A program made the translations under genes and the position numbers. A DNA stretch of 64,000 nucleotides from Vicinamibacterales bacterium (GTDB lineage Bacteria > Acidobacteriota > Vicinamibacteria > Vicinamibacterales > CAZQMT01), in NCBI GenBank assembly GCA_965197935.1, contig CBDAOD010000002.1, positions 1,218,849 to 1,282,848 of the forward strand, given 5' to 3'. A model generated the notes under the pieces. That model was not told where the DNA came from, made no database searches, and saw only the letters and a list, made by a program, of their open reading frames with translations. This document shows, piece after piece, positions 1-9,479 of this stretch (position 1 is the stretch's first letter; the number at the start of each line of letters is the position of its first letter).

Positions 1-144
1 CTCGGCCAGAACCACGAAGCGGTCCCCGGTCTCGTAGACATCCATGGGAGGCGTCCAGCCCGTCGAGAGGGTCTCCGCCATGCGGCTGACGGGCCGCTGG
101 GTGGACACGAGAGTGCTCAGCTCGGTCCAGCGGATGAAGGCCAT
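1..144 (-). CDS. Hsp20/alpha-crystallin small heat-shock protein, N-terminal part (continues beyond left edge)
   Basis: Minus-strand ATG at 144-142 opens MAFIRWTELSTLVSTQRPVSRMAETLSTGWTPPMDVYETGDRFVVLAE. The W-PP-DVYET-D-FVV-AE stretch is the usual entry into an alpha-crystallin domain. Truncated by the window edge, so absent from the ORF track. Confidence 0.5.
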   Translation of the reverse strand, partial: MAFIRWTELSTLVSTQRPVSRMAETLSTGWTPPMDVYETGDRFVVLAE

Positions 145-340
145 CGCAAAAATGCTAGCACGATCCGACGCTCGCGGCACCCGGCGCGGGCGATGCCGTG
201 GTCCGAGCACGCGGCCGATCGGAGGGCGCCACGAGCCGCCGGGCCGAAGGGCTGAACGGGACGCGACCGAGCGCCCGACACCGGCCCGGCTGGTCGGTCT
301 GGGTATGCTAGGATCACGATCGAAGCGGGACACGAGATCG

Positions 341-904
341 ATGGACACGATACAGGCAACGCGGCTGCGCAAGGGCATGCTGATCAGGCTCGGAGACGAG
401 CTGTGCCATGTGCTCGAGCTGAAGCACCTCACGCCCGGAAACAAGCGGGGCTTCGTCCAGTCGAAGCTGCGACGCCTCAAGACCGGCACGCTGACCGATC
501 ACAAGTTTCGATCGGAGGACAGCGTCGAGCGTGCCGTGCTGGACGAGCGCGAAATGCAGTACATGTATCGCGACGGCGACGCGTTCCACTTCATGGACAC
601 GGACACCTTCGAGCAGATCCATCTCTCCGACGGGGCGCTCGGCGACGCCGTCAACTACCTGATCGCGGAGGCGCTCATCAAGGTGGAGTTCTACGAAGGG
701 GAGGCCGTGGGTGTGGAGCTGCCGCAGATCGTGGACCTGAAGGTCGAGGATACGGCGCCCAGCATCAAGGGCGCCACGGCCAGCGCGCAGGTGAAGCCGG
801 CCCGCCTCGAGACCGGCTTGGTGGTGCAGGTGCCACCGTTCATCGGCAACGGTGATGTCATCCGCGTGAACACCGAGACCGGCGAGTATCAGTCCCGGGC
901 ATAG
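341..904 (+). CDS. efp: Elongation factor P
   Basis: Internal ATG at 341 of ORF 44..904. MDTIQATRLRKGMLIRLGDELCHVLELKHLTPGNKRGFVQSKLRRLKTG ... KPARLETGLVVQVPPFIGNGDVIRVNTETGEYQSRA is full-length EF-P. Confidence 0.93.
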   Translation: MDTIQATRLRKGMLIRLGDELCHVLELKHLTPGNKRGFVQSKLRRLKTGTLTDHKFRSEDSVERAVLDEREMQYMYRDGDAFHFMDTDTFEQIHLSDGALGDAVNYLIAEALIKVEFYEGEAVGVELPQIVDLKVEDTAPSIKGATASAQVKPARLETGLVVQVPPFIGNGDVIRVNTETGEYQSRA

Positions 905-948
905 CCGAGCGACCGTCGCGCTGGCCGGCCGAGCGGCCGGGCCGGTGC

Positions 949-1557
949 GTGCCGGTGGGTGAGGTCGACAGCCGCCGTATCCCAGGTAGCTCCGTGTCGG
1001 TCGAAGTCCTGCTCCCGCGTATCCTGTTCGTCCTTGGTGTTGGCTTCCTCGCCGCCAACCTGCGGCTCCTGTTCCAGTATCTCCGGTTCATGCAGCGCCG
1101 ATCGTCGGCCCTGCTGACGTGGCGCAGCCGGACGCCGCCGCTCTACGGTCTGCTGCTCTCGCTCGGCGTGATCCTCGGACTTCTGCTCTTCTACAAGCTG
1201 GCGTTGCAGCGGCGCCCCCCGAGTCAGGCGTTCGGCGAAAGCATGATGTTTCTCTACTACGCCTATGTCTTGCCGCTTAGCTTGCGGATCGGCCGCGGTT
1301 TCTATGAGGATGGTATCTGGTCGGACGCGGAGTTCATTCCATACCAGAAGATCGGCGGGATGACCTGGCGCGAGGACAAGGACATCGCCCTGGTGATCGG
1401 GTATCGCGAGCGTCCCATCGCCCGCCGGCTGGTCGTGCCGCTCCGGCACTACGGGGAGGCGCGGCGTGTGCTCCGCGACAAGATCGCGGCCCACGACATC
1501 CACTTCACGGGGAAGAGTCTGGATCTGGGGGCCCACGACGAGCGCAACGTCGTCTGA
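949..1557 (+). CDS. Hypothetical membrane protein (2-3 TM helices plus soluble C-terminal domain)
   Basis: ORF 949..1557 with hydrophobic N-terminal half (ILFVLGVGFLAANLRLLF, LYGLLLSLGVILGLLLFY). No family recognised and the start codon is uncertain. Confidence 0.5.
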   Translation: MPVGEVDSRRIPGSSVSVEVLLPRILFVLGVGFLAANLRLLFQYLRFMQRRSSALLTWRSRTPPLYGLLLSLGVILGLLLFYKLALQRRPPSQAFGESMMFLYYAYVLPLSLRIGRGFYEDGIWSDAEFIPYQKIGGMTWREDKDIALVIGYRERPIARRLVVPLRHYGEARRVLRDKIAAHDIHFTGKSLDLGAHDERNVV

Positions 1558-1597
1558 GAAGTCCGGCGAACCCGACGGTCCGCCGGCGACCGCCGGG

Positions 1598-1772
1598 CTA
1601 GCCCGTGACAAAAGTCCTGCGTCGCACCAAGACCGGTGCGGCGCCCGGCTGGCAAGGCGCGAGGAACGAGAATACCGGGAGTATTTGACCCGTCGTGAAC
1701 AATGCCCGACGCAGCCCGCGGCGGGATGCGGCGCCGGTCGACGGCAGCAGGACTTTTACCACGGGCCGCTAG
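1598..1772 (+). mobile_element. Core-bearing hairpin MITE, family A (copy A1, diverged arms)
   Basis: CTAG at 1598-1601 and 1769-1772. Arms are CTAGCCCGTGACAAAAGTCCTGCGTCGCACC and GCAGCAGGACTTTTACCACGGGCCGCTAG. Core contains GCGCCCGGCTGGCAAGGCGCGAGGAACGAG, with tip AATACCGGGAGTATT at 1671-1685. Confidence 0.8.
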
Positions 1773-1972
1773 CGGAGCTGCTCGAGGATCCAGCCGATGA
1801 GCCCGGGACCGGTGGCCACGGGGTCGCCGAGCCAGTCGGGCGGGGTGAGCCAGACGAACGCGAGGATCGCGATCACCATGAGGTCGTATTGCCAGGTGGC
1901 ACGTTCGTACGTCCAGAACAGGGCGTTCCAGATTACCAGCGCCGGCAGGATCACCAGGCGTCGGACGCTCAC
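1769..1972 (-). CDS. Small two-TM membrane protein, apparently translationally coupled to the upstream phosphatidyltransferase gene
   Basis: GTG at 1972-1970 overlaps the TGA (1971-1969) of the upstream gene in a GTGA arrangement. Encodes VSVRRLVILPALVIWNALFWTYERATWQYDLMVIAILAFVWLTPPDWLGDPVATGPGLIGWILEQLR. Its TAG stop is the terminal CTAG of element A1. Confidence 0.45.
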   Translation of the reverse strand: MSVRRLVILPALVIWNALFWTYERATWQYDLMVIAILAFVWLTPPDWLGDPVATGPGLIGWILEQLR

Positions 1973-2571
1973 GCAATCCCTTCGGTTCGCCCGCGATCGA
2001 GCTCGCGCCACGTGTAGTACACGCGGTCGGCCACGGTGACCAGCGACAGGACCCCGATGATCCACAGGACTGCGGCCATCCGATTCGTGAAGGCGCCGAT
2101 CATGAACAGGACGATCCGCTCTGGCCGCTCCATGAAGCCGACCTTGCACTTCGCGATCAGGGATTCGGCCCTGGCGCGGGTGTAGCTCGTCATGACGGCG
2201 AACATCATGGCGAGCGCCGCGATCATCACGTAGTCAGTGCGGCCCAGCTCCGCATACAGGAAGATGAGCCCGACGAAGAGCGAGATATCCGAGAAGCGAT
2301 CCATGACGGAGTCCCAGAACCCGCCGAAGGCTGTTTCCATGTCGAGCTCGCGCGCGACCTTGCCATCGACGAAGTCGAAGATGTTGGCGATGATCATGAT
2401 GAAGCCGGCCGTCATGAACCGTCCCATAGCCAGGGCGTACGCCGCCGCAACGTTGATGAGAACCCCGACGAGGGTGAGCAGGTTCGGATGGACCCGGAGC
2501 CGGACACAGAGCCGAATGATGGCGTTCAGCGGGAACATGCACGCCGCGCCGATGGCGCCGGTGAAGGTCAT
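1969..2571 (-). CDS. CDP-alcohol phosphatidyltransferase family protein (PgsA-like)
   Basis: C-terminal 200 aa of ORF 1969..3321, from the ATG at 2571. Contains the family motif region DFVDGKVARELDMETAFGGFWDSVMDRFSD and multiple TM segments. The start could lie slightly upstream. Confidence 0.8.
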   Translation of the reverse strand: MTFTGAIGAACMFPLNAIIRLCVRLRVHPNLLTLVGVLINVAAAYALAMGRFMTAGFIMIIANIFDFVDGKVARELDMETAFGGFWDSVMDRFSDISLFVGLIFLYAELGRTDYVMIAALAMMFAVMTSYTRARAESLIAKCKVGFMERPERIVLFMIGAFTNRMAAVLWIIGVLSLVTVADRVYYTWRELDRGRTEGIA

Positions 2572-2739
2572 GACGGTGGGTGCAGCGTTCGTGGACTCGG
2601 ATCCGTGCGAGTACCCGGCTTCGGCCGCGCGCGCGTGCGACCGCAGACTCCGAGGCTGGGTGGGGCGGCGAACGACCACGGGATGTCGCGATCCGCGAGC
2701 GCCGACGCGTCGCGACTCGTGACGGGCGCATAGTAGCCC

Positions 2740-4638
2740 ATGGCCATCGGCGATCTCAAGGCCCAGATTGCGCGGCTGCCCGAGCAGCCGGGCGTCTACC
2801 TGTATCTCAACGAGCGGGGAGAAACGATTTACGTCGGCAAGGCGCGAGTGCTGCGGGACCGCGTCCGGAGCTACCTCGGGTCGCCGGGGACGAGCCCGAA
2901 GACCAACGCCCTGGTGGGGGAAACGCACGGGCTCGAGGTGATCGTCACGGACTCGGTCGTCGAGGCTCTCGCGCTCGAGAACCACCTGATCAAGCAGCGC
3001 ACCCCCAAGTACAACATCCTGCTCCGCGACGACAAGAACTACCCGTATCTCGAGCTGACCACGACCGAGGCGTTCCCGCGGGTGCTCGTCGCCCGGCGTG
3101 TGGAGCCCGGCGGCAGCTTCTACGCTGGACCGTTCCTCCCGGCGTCGTTCGCACGCAAGACGATGTCGTTGACGCACCGGCTGTTCGGTATGCGATCGTG
3201 CAACGAGACCATAACGGGCCGGCGCGACCGGCCGTGCCTCGAGTACGACATCAAGCGCTGCATCGCGCCGTGTGTCGAGGAGATCTGCTCGCCGGAGCGA
3301 TACCGGCTGGCCGCCGAGCACACCCGGCTCTTCCTCGACGGCCGCAATGACGAGCTGGTGGCTGACCTCCGGTCACGCATGCTCGCGGCGGCGGCCGCCG
3401 AGCGCTTCGAGGAGGCCGCACAGCTACGTGACGCCATTCGCACGATCGAGACGCTGCGTCACCGTCAGCAGAAGATTGCAACCGCCGGCCTCGGGGACCG
3501 GGATGCATTCGGGGTGAAGATAGGCCCCGGCGGCGCCGTCATCCAGGTGTTCCAGATGCGAGGGGGACGCGTGATCGAGCGCGTCGAGCTCGTCACAGAG
3601 GCAGACCGGGGCGTGGTGGAGGGGACCGAGGCCGATGTCGTCGAGGCCGCGCTGCAGCAATTCTACGAGACTCGCGTCGCCCCGCCCGAAGTGCACGTGC
3701 CGGTCGAGCTCCCGGAGCCCGAGCCGCTCGAGCAGTGGCTGTCGGGTCGGAGCGGTCGTCGGGTCCGGCTGGTTGTGCCACAGCGGGGCGAGAAGCGAGG
3801 CCTGTTACATCTGGCGTCGCGCAACGCGGCGGTAGCCTACACCGCGCGCTTCGAGGAGAGCGCGGTGGCGGACGCGCATGCGCTGGAGGCGCTCGGCGCC
3901 GCCTTGGCGCTGCCCTCGCCGCCACAGCGTATCGAGTGCTTCGACGTGTCGACCATCCAGGGGAGCGAGACCGTCGGCTCGATGGTCGTCTGCGAGCGTG
4001 GCCGCCTGCGACGGGACGAGTACCGCAAGTTTCGGATCCGCCAGCTCTCGGGGCGCACGCGTCCCGGTGGCGCCGGCGCACCCGAGGGGGCGCCGATCCC
4101 CGACGACTTCGCGGCGATGCGCGAGATCGTCCTGCGGCGATTCCGTCGGCTCCTCGAGGAAGGTGGGCCGTTTCCGGACCTGGTCGTGATCGACGGTGGC
4201 AAGGGGCAGCTCTCGGCGGCGTACGGGGCCTTCGCCGACCTGGGTCTCGCCAACCTCGTGGCGGTGGGCCTCGCCAAGAAAGAGGAGCTGGTCTTCACGC
4301 GCGACCGCCCCGACCCGATTGCGTTACCCCGGACCAGCGCGGCCCTGCTGCTGCTGCAGCGTGTCCGGGACGAGGCACACCGGTTTGCCGTGACGTTCCA
4401 CCGGCGTGCGCGCCGGATGCGGGACCTTCGCTCGGAGCTGGATCAGATTCCCGGGGTCGGGCCTCGGCGGCGCCGCACCCTGCTCACGACCTTCGGCAGC
4501 GTGGCGGGCGTGCGCCGGGCCACGCGGGAGGAGCTGGTCCGCGCTGTGGGTGCACGCACGGCCGACGCCGTCCTCGGCTACTTCGCCGGCTCCACCCCTC
4601 ACATTTTGTTTTTTGCGGCTTTTCTGGTCTACTCTTAA
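2740..4638 (+). CDS. uvrC: Excinuclease ABC subunit C
   Basis: GIY-YIG N-terminus (PGVYLYLNERGETIYVGKARVLRDRVRSY), UvrBC-interaction region, RNase H-like endonuclease part and C-terminal HhH (LDQIPGVGPRRRRTLLTTFGS). Confidence 0.93.
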   Translation: MAIGDLKAQIARLPEQPGVYLYLNERGETIYVGKARVLRDRVRSYLGSPGTSPKTNALVGETHGLEVIVTDSVVEALALENHLIKQRTPKYNILLRDDKNYPYLELTTTEAFPRVLVARRVEPGGSFYAGPFLPASFARKTMSLTHRLFGMRSCNETITGRRDRPCLEYDIKRCIAPCVEEICSPERYRLAAEHTRLFLDGRNDELVADLRSRMLAAAAAERFEEAAQLRDAIRTIETLRHRQQKIATAGLGDRDAFGVKIGPGGAVIQVFQMRGGRVIERVELVTEADRGVVEGTEADVVEAALQQFYETRVAPPEVHVPVELPEPEPLEQWLSGRSGRRVRLVVPQRGEKRGLLHLASRNAAVAYTARFEESAVADAHALEALGAALALPSPPQRIECFDVSTIQGSETVGSMVVCERGRLRRDEYRKFRIRQLSGRTRPGGAGAPEGAPIPDDFAAMREIVLRRFRRLLEEGGPFPDLVVIDGGKGQLSAAYGAFADLGLANLVAVGLAKKEELVFTRDRPDPIALPRTSAALLLLQRVRDEAHRFAVTFHRRARRMRDLRSELDQIPGVGPRRRRTLLTTFGSVAGVRRATREELVRAVGARTADAVLGYFAGSTPHILFFAAFLVYS

Positions 4639-4642
4639 CGTC

Positions 4643-5287
4643 TTGCTAGAGTTCGACTACGCTACGCTCCTCATCGTCTACCTCGTTCTTCTCTTTTCCT
4701 TGAGTGTCCACGAATCGGCCCATGCCTGGGCGGCGGACCGGCTGGGGGACTCGACGTCGCGCCGTCTTGGACGAATCTCGTTGAACCCCATGGTGCACAT
4801 CGATCCCGTGGGCACCGTGCTCCTACCCCTGATCGCGTTCGCCTCCGGCGCGCCGATCATCGGCTGGGCGAAGCCCGTCCTGGTCAACGTCGCCCGACTC
4901 CGGCGTCATCGCCGTGACTACGTCTTGGTCGCCGCGGCCGGTCCGGCGAGCAACATTCTGCTGGCCGTCGCCGCGTCGGTCGTGCTCCGACTCGTCCCGA
5001 CCGGGGGGACGGGGGTGGGCGTGATGGGGGCCGGGTCGCCCTTGGCGGAGCTGCTGGGCTGGGCGATCACGCTGAATGTCCTGCTCGCCGTGTTCAACAT
5101 GATCCCGATCCCGCCGCTCGACGGGGGCAACGTGTTGGGCGGGCTCCTTCCGGATGGGCTGGCCGGGTGGTTCGATCGTCTCCGACCCTACGGATTCATT
5201 CTGCTCTACCTCCTGTTGCTGACCGGCACCCTCGGCACCCTCCTCGGTCCACCCTATCGGTTCCTGGCGGGGGTGCTGGCACGGTGA
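4643..5287 (+). CDS. Site-2 protease family (peptidase M50) membrane metalloprotease
   Basis: HExxH in TM1 (LSVHESAHAW), followed by GRISLNPMVHIDPVGT and NMIPIPPLDGG. The proposed TTG start at 4643 is the first in-frame start after the uvrC stop, and is uncertain. Confidence 0.7.
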   Translation: MLEFDYATLLIVYLVLLFSLSVHESAHAWAADRLGDSTSRRLGRISLNPMVHIDPVGTVLLPLIAFASGAPIIGWAKPVLVNVARLRRHRRDYVLVAAAGPASNILLAVAASVVLRLVPTGGTGVGVMGAGSPLAELLGWAITLNVLLAVFNMIPIPPLDGGNVLGGLLPDGLAGWFDRLRPYGFILLYLLLLTGTLGTLLGPPYRFLAGVLAR

Positions 5288-6273
5288 AGCGCATCGTCTC
5301 CGGCATGCGACCCACGGGGAAGCTGCATCTGGGGCATCTGGTGGGGGCGCTCCGCAACTGGGTCGAGCTGCAATCGAGCTACGAGTGCTTCTACTTCATT
5401 GCCGACTGGCATGCGCTCACGAGCGACTACGCGGAGACGGCGGAGCTCACGAGCCACGCCCGTGACAACCTGGCGGACTGGGTCGCGGCCGGCCTCGATC
5501 CCGAGCGCTCCACGCTGTTCGTGCAGTCGCTCGTCCCCGAGCACGCCGAGCTGTATCTGCTGCTCTCGATGGTCGTCCCGACGCCCTGGCTGGAACGGGT
5601 TCCCACGTACAAGGAGCAGATCGAGCAGTTGAGCGATCGGGATCTGTCGACACTCGGGTTCCTGGGCTACCCGCTGCTGCAGGGCGCCGACATCATCATG
5701 TATCAGGCCAACGCCGTGCCCGTGGGCGAGGACCAGGTGCCCCATCTCGAGCTCACCCGCGAGGTCGTCAGGCGGTTCAACGGATTCTACGGTCGGCTGT
5801 TCGTCGAGCCGCAGGCGCTGCTCACGCATTTCCCCCGGCTTCCCGGTCTGGACAACCGGAAGATGAGCAAGAGCTACAACAACGCCATCGACCTGTCGGA
5901 TCCTCCGGATGTCGTCCGCAAGAAGGTCATGCGGATGTATACGGATCCGAAGCGAATCCGGGCGGACATCCCCGGCAACGTCGAGGGCAATCCAGTGTTC
6001 ACCTATCACGACGCGTTCAATTCGGACACGGCCGAGGTGGAGGATCTGAAGACGCGGTATCGGGCGGGAACGGTCGGCGACGTCGAGGTGAAGGAGAAGC
6101 TGGTGCGCGCGCTCAATGGCGTGCTCGATCCGCTGCGGGCACGTCGGGCCGAGGTCGTCGCGCAACCGCGTCGGGTCACGGAGATCCTGATGGACGGCTC
6201 GGCACGGGCGCGCGCGATCGCGATCGAGACCATGAAGCGGGTACGAGACGCCGTCCGGATCGCGTATGACTGA
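5284..6273 (+). CDS. trpS: Tryptophan--tRNA ligase
   Basis: GTG at 5284 overlaps the upstream TGA (GTGA). Class I signatures PTGKLHLGHLVG and KMSKS (RKMSKSYNN). Confidence 0.92.
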   Translation: MKRIVSGMRPTGKLHLGHLVGALRNWVELQSSYECFYFIADWHALTSDYAETAELTSHARDNLADWVAAGLDPERSTLFVQSLVPEHAELYLLLSMVVPTPWLERVPTYKEQIEQLSDRDLSTLGFLGYPLLQGADIIMYQANAVPVGEDQVPHLELTREVVRRFNGFYGRLFVEPQALLTHFPRLPGLDNRKMSKSYNNAIDLSDPPDVVRKKVMRMYTDPKRIRADIPGNVEGNPVFTYHDAFNSDTAEVEDLKTRYRAGTVGDVEVKEKLVRALNGVLDPLRARRAEVVAQPRRVTEILMDGSARARAIAIETMKRVRDAVRIAYD

Positions 6274-7075
6274 CGAGAGCATGCGGCCGGATTTCGAGTC
6301 GCCGCTCGAGGCCTACCCGGTCCGGCTGGAGAATTTCGAGGGCCCCCTCGACCTGCTGCTGCATCTCATCAAGAAGAACGAGGTCGACATCTACGATATT
6401 CCCATGGCCCTGATCACCGAGCAGTATCTCGAGTACCTCCAGCTGATGGAGGAGCTCGATGTGGACCTGATGGCCGAGTTCCTCGTCATGGCCGCCACCT
6501 TGATCCACCTCAAGTCACGGATGCTGCTGCCGCGGCCCGACCCGAGCCAGGACGCCCTGGAGGAGGAAGACCCGCGCGACGCGCTGGTGCGGCGCCTCCT
6601 GGAGCACCAGCGATACAAGGCCGCGGCCGAGCTGCTGCACGAGCGGGAAACGTTGCGGAGCGCCCAACGAATGCGCCCCGACGAGCGGATTGCGCATCTG
6701 GCGGGCCAGGACTTCGAGCGTGAGCTCGAGGTGGACCTCGTCAGCCTCCTGACCGCTTTCCGCGCCGTTCTCGAACGCGCCAGGGAGCGGCCGGCGGTCG
6801 ACCTGCCGCCGGAGCGACTCTCGCTCGATCAGCGGGTCGAGGTCCTGCTGGCCCGGCTGTCCGACACGGAAGCCTGCGGCTTCGACGAGCTGTTCCGGGA
6901 CGTCGAAACCCGGGCAGGGATGGTCGTGACGTTCCTGGCGCTCCTCGAGATGATGCGGCTCAAGCTCGTGCGTGTGCATCAGGCTGGGCCGTTCGGCGAG
7001 ATCCGCGTGTATCGGCGGGAGCGGCCCGAGGGCGCGCCTCGACCGATCGGAGATCCAGAGGTGCAGGCCACGTGA
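6266..7075 (+). CDS. scpA: Segregation and condensation protein A
   Basis: FEGPLDLLLHLIKKNEVDIYDIPMALITEQYLEYL is the typical ScpA N-terminus. The gene is followed by scpB. Confidence 0.9.
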   Translation: MTDESMRPDFESPLEAYPVRLENFEGPLDLLLHLIKKNEVDIYDIPMALITEQYLEYLQLMEELDVDLMAEFLVMAATLIHLKSRMLLPRPDPSQDALEEEDPRDALVRRLLEHQRYKAAAELLHERETLRSAQRMRPDERIAHLAGQDFERELEVDLVSLLTAFRAVLERARERPAVDLPPERLSLDQRVEVLLARLSDTEACGFDELFRDVETRAGMVVTFLALLEMMRLKLVRVHQAGPFGEIRVYRRERPEGAPRPIGDPEVQAT

Positions 7076-7116
7076 CCATCGCGTGGAGCGAGTGAGACCC
7101 CGGTCTGCCTGGAGAG

Positions 7117-7752
7117 ATGCCCGTGTCCGATGAGCTCAAAGCGATCGTCGAGGCTCTGATCTTCGCGTCGCCCGATCCCCTCTCGCCGAAGGCGCTGTTT
7201 CGGCTGCTGTCCGGCGAGCCGCGAGAGGACGTCGAGGCGGCGCTGGCGGCGCTGCGGCAGGAGTACCAGCGGCCCGGCGGCCTCCAGCTCGTGGAGGTGG
7301 CGGGGGGCTATCAGATCGTCACGCGCACCGAGCTGAACGAGTGGGTAGGCCGGCTGTTCAGGGAGAGGAGCGCCCAGCGACTCTCGGTGCAGGCGCTCGA
7401 GACGCTCGCGGTCATCGCCTATAAGCAGCCCGTCACGGCGCCGGAGATCTCCGAGATTCGGGGCGTCAACACCGCCGGAGTGCTGAGCACGTTGATCGAG
7501 CGGCGGCTGATCAAGATCGCGGGCCGCAAGCAGGTCGTGGGACGACCGTTCCTGTATGCGACGACGCGCGACTTCCTGGTGTGGTTCGGGCTCAACGATC
7601 TGTCCGATCTACCCAAGGTGGAGGACATGGCGGAAGTGCTGGGCCTGGAGGTCCTGGAGGGCGTGACCGGGACCGAGGGTGCAGCGACCTTGCCCTTCGA
7701 GGAGGTGCGTGAGCCCGCGCCGGACGATGAAGACGCGGCTCCACCGGAGTAG
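7117..7752 (+). CDS. scpB: Segregation and condensation protein B
   Basis: VEALIFASPDPLSPKAL ... GGYQIVTR ... LETLAVIAYKQPVTAPEISEIRGV are the winged-helix repeats of ScpB. Confidence 0.9.
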   Translation: MPVSDELKAIVEALIFASPDPLSPKALFRLLSGEPREDVEAALAALRQEYQRPGGLQLVEVAGGYQIVTRTELNEWVGRLFRERSAQRLSVQALETLAVIAYKQPVTAPEISEIRGVNTAGVLSTLIERRLIKIAGRKQVVGRPFLYATTRDFLVWFGLNDLSDLPKVEDMAEVLGLEVLEGVTGTEGAATLPFEEVREPAPDDEDAAPPE

Positions 7753-7800
7753 GTGCATTAGCGGGACTGACGAGGTCACCCAGACGTAGAGGAGCCGGGC

Positions 7801-8661
7801 TTGAGGTCTGCCTTGCAGGTGCGACTCCAGAAGCTGTTGTCGAGTGCGGGGATTTCGTCCAGACGCGCCGCGGAGACGCTGATTCGCGAGGGGCGCGTCT
7901 CCGTCAACGGGATCACGGTCTCCACGCTCGGGGCGCGTGCCGACCCCGAGTGCGACGCCCTCCGCGTCGACGGTCGGCGCGTGAAGCTCGGACGACCGCG
8001 CCACTACCTGTTGCTCAACAAGCCTCGGGGCTACGTCACCACGCGCCGTGACCCCCAGGGGCGCCCCACCGTTCTGGACCTGGTCAAGAGCCGTTACGGT
8101 TATCTGTATCCGGTTGGGCGCCTCGACTACGACTCGGAGGGCCTACTTCTGCTGACCAACGACGGTGAGCTGGCTGCCAGGTTGACCCATCCACGGCACG
8201 GGATCGAGCGGCGCTACGAGGCGGAGGTGCGCGGCGTGCCGAGTCCCGAGGCGCTCGGGCGGCTGGCTCGCGGGGTATCGCTCGACGGGCGTCGAACCCG
8301 GCCCGGTTCGGTCCGACGGCTGCGGGTCATCCGGGCGTCAAGCGGGAATCGTGCGGTGATCGCCTTCACGATCCAGGAGGGCCGCAACCGACAGGTGCGG
8401 CGGATGTGCGATGCCGTCGGGCACCCGGTCGTCCGGTTGCGGCGGGTCAGATTCGGCCCGATCCGGGATACGGTGCTGCCCCCTGGTCGGGTCCGGGAGC
8501 TGACCGCCCGTGAGGTCGCCGCGCTCGAAGCGGCGGCCGCGATGCCCCGTGGGACTGGAGGCCGGGAGCCGGGCCGTGGGGCACGACGCCGGCCAACTGC
8601 CGCCGCACCGTCACGCCGCGCCGCGGGGCGGCCGCGCGCAACAGGCGACGCCGATCGATGA
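7801..8661 (+). CDS. rRNA pseudouridine synthase (RsuA/RluB family) with S4 domain
   Basis: S4 domain (RLQKLLSSAGISSRRAAETLIREGRVSVNG) and catalytic motif GRLDYDSEGLLLLTNDGEL. Arg-rich C-terminal tail. Confidence 0.85.
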   Translation: MRSALQVRLQKLLSSAGISSRRAAETLIREGRVSVNGITVSTLGARADPECDALRVDGRRVKLGRPRHYLLLNKPRGYVTTRRDPQGRPTVLDLVKSRYGYLYPVGRLDYDSEGLLLLTNDGELAARLTHPRHGIERRYEAEVRGVPSPEALGRLARGVSLDGRRTRPGSVRRLRVIRASSGNRAVIAFTIQEGRNRQVRRMCDAVGHPVVRLRRVRFGPIRDTVLPPGRVRELTAREVAALEAAAAMPRGTGGREPGRGARRRPTAAAPSRRAAGRPRATGDADR

Positions 8662-9359
8662 AGCCCCTGATCGTCGCCATCGATGGTCCGTCCGGCGCCG
8701 GCAAGGGCACGGTCGCCCGGGCCGTGGCACGCCGGCTCGGCTACCGTCACGTCGACACCGGCGCGATGTACCGGGCGGTGGCCTGGCGGGCGGTGCAGGC
8801 CGGGCTGTCGCTCGGGGATGAGGTCGCCGTGGCCGCGCTGGCGGACCGAGCGGTCCTCGAGATCGGATCGATCGTCGAGATCGACGGACACGATGTTACG
8901 CACGCGATCCGCACGCCGGAGATCGACGCCGCGGCGGCGACGGTCGCTGGGATGCCTGCCGTTCGAGAGATCCTGGTCGCCCGACAGCGTGCCTTCGGCG
9001 CGGGCGGGGGGGTGGTCATGGAGGGGCGAGACATCGGGTCCATCGTCTTCCCCCACGCGGACGCAAAGATCTACCTGGACGCGGCGCCCGACGAGCGGGC
9101 GCGCCGCCGGGCGGTGGACCGGGCCGACCAGGGCGGCGGTCACCATGACAGCGCCGGGGTCGCGACGGCGCTGGCGGCGCGCGACCGCCTCGACCGGGGC
9201 CGCGCCGTGTCGCCCCTCACGGTGCCCCCCGGCGCCGTGGTCATCGACACGACCGCCGTGCCGGTGGGCGAGGTCGTGGAGCGGGTGATGGCCCACATCA
9301 TGGGCGACGCCACGGCTCCCGTCGAGGGCGAGGCCGGTCCGTCCCGCTCGCCGCGGTAG
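8658..9359 (+). CDS. cmk: Cytidylate kinase
   Basis: IVAIDGPSGAGKGTVARAVARRLGYRHVDTGAMYRAV. The ATGA overlap with the upstream gene is present. Confidence 0.92.
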   Translation: MKPLIVAIDGPSGAGKGTVARAVARRLGYRHVDTGAMYRAVAWRAVQAGLSLGDEVAVAALADRAVLEIGSIVEIDGHDVTHAIRTPEIDAAAATVAGMPAVREILVARQRAFGAGGGVVMEGRDIGSIVFPHADAKIYLDAAPDERARRRAVDRADQGGGHHDSAGVATALAARDRLDRGRAVSPLTVPPGAVVIDTTAVPVGEVVERVMAHIMGDATAPVEGEAGPSRSPR

Positions 9360-9360
9360 G

Positions 9361-9389
9361 TTGACCGGGTGACCTAAGTATCGTATAAT
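9361..9389 (+). promoter_or_regulatory. Near-consensus sigma-70-type promoter upstream of rpsA
   Basis: TTGACC (9361-9366), a 17-nt spacer, then TATAAT (9384-9389) in a locally AT-rich patch. A GGGAGGAGG Shine-Dalgarno sequence precedes the ATG at 9480. Confidence 0.5.
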
Positions 9390-9479
9390 CTGTCGCTTAT
9401 CGGAATAGGTGTCGGAGAGGTCTGGACCGCGCCGGGGCACGCGCCCTGGCCATCATGGTGGGAGGAGGACCGGGAACGC

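Noticed and set aside
109-170. CIRCE-like half sites near the hsp20 start (TGAGCACTC on the minus strand; GCTAGCAC upstream)
   Set aside because: Only one half resembles TTAGCACTC, it lies inside the coding region, and there is no GAGTGCTAA partner nine nt away.
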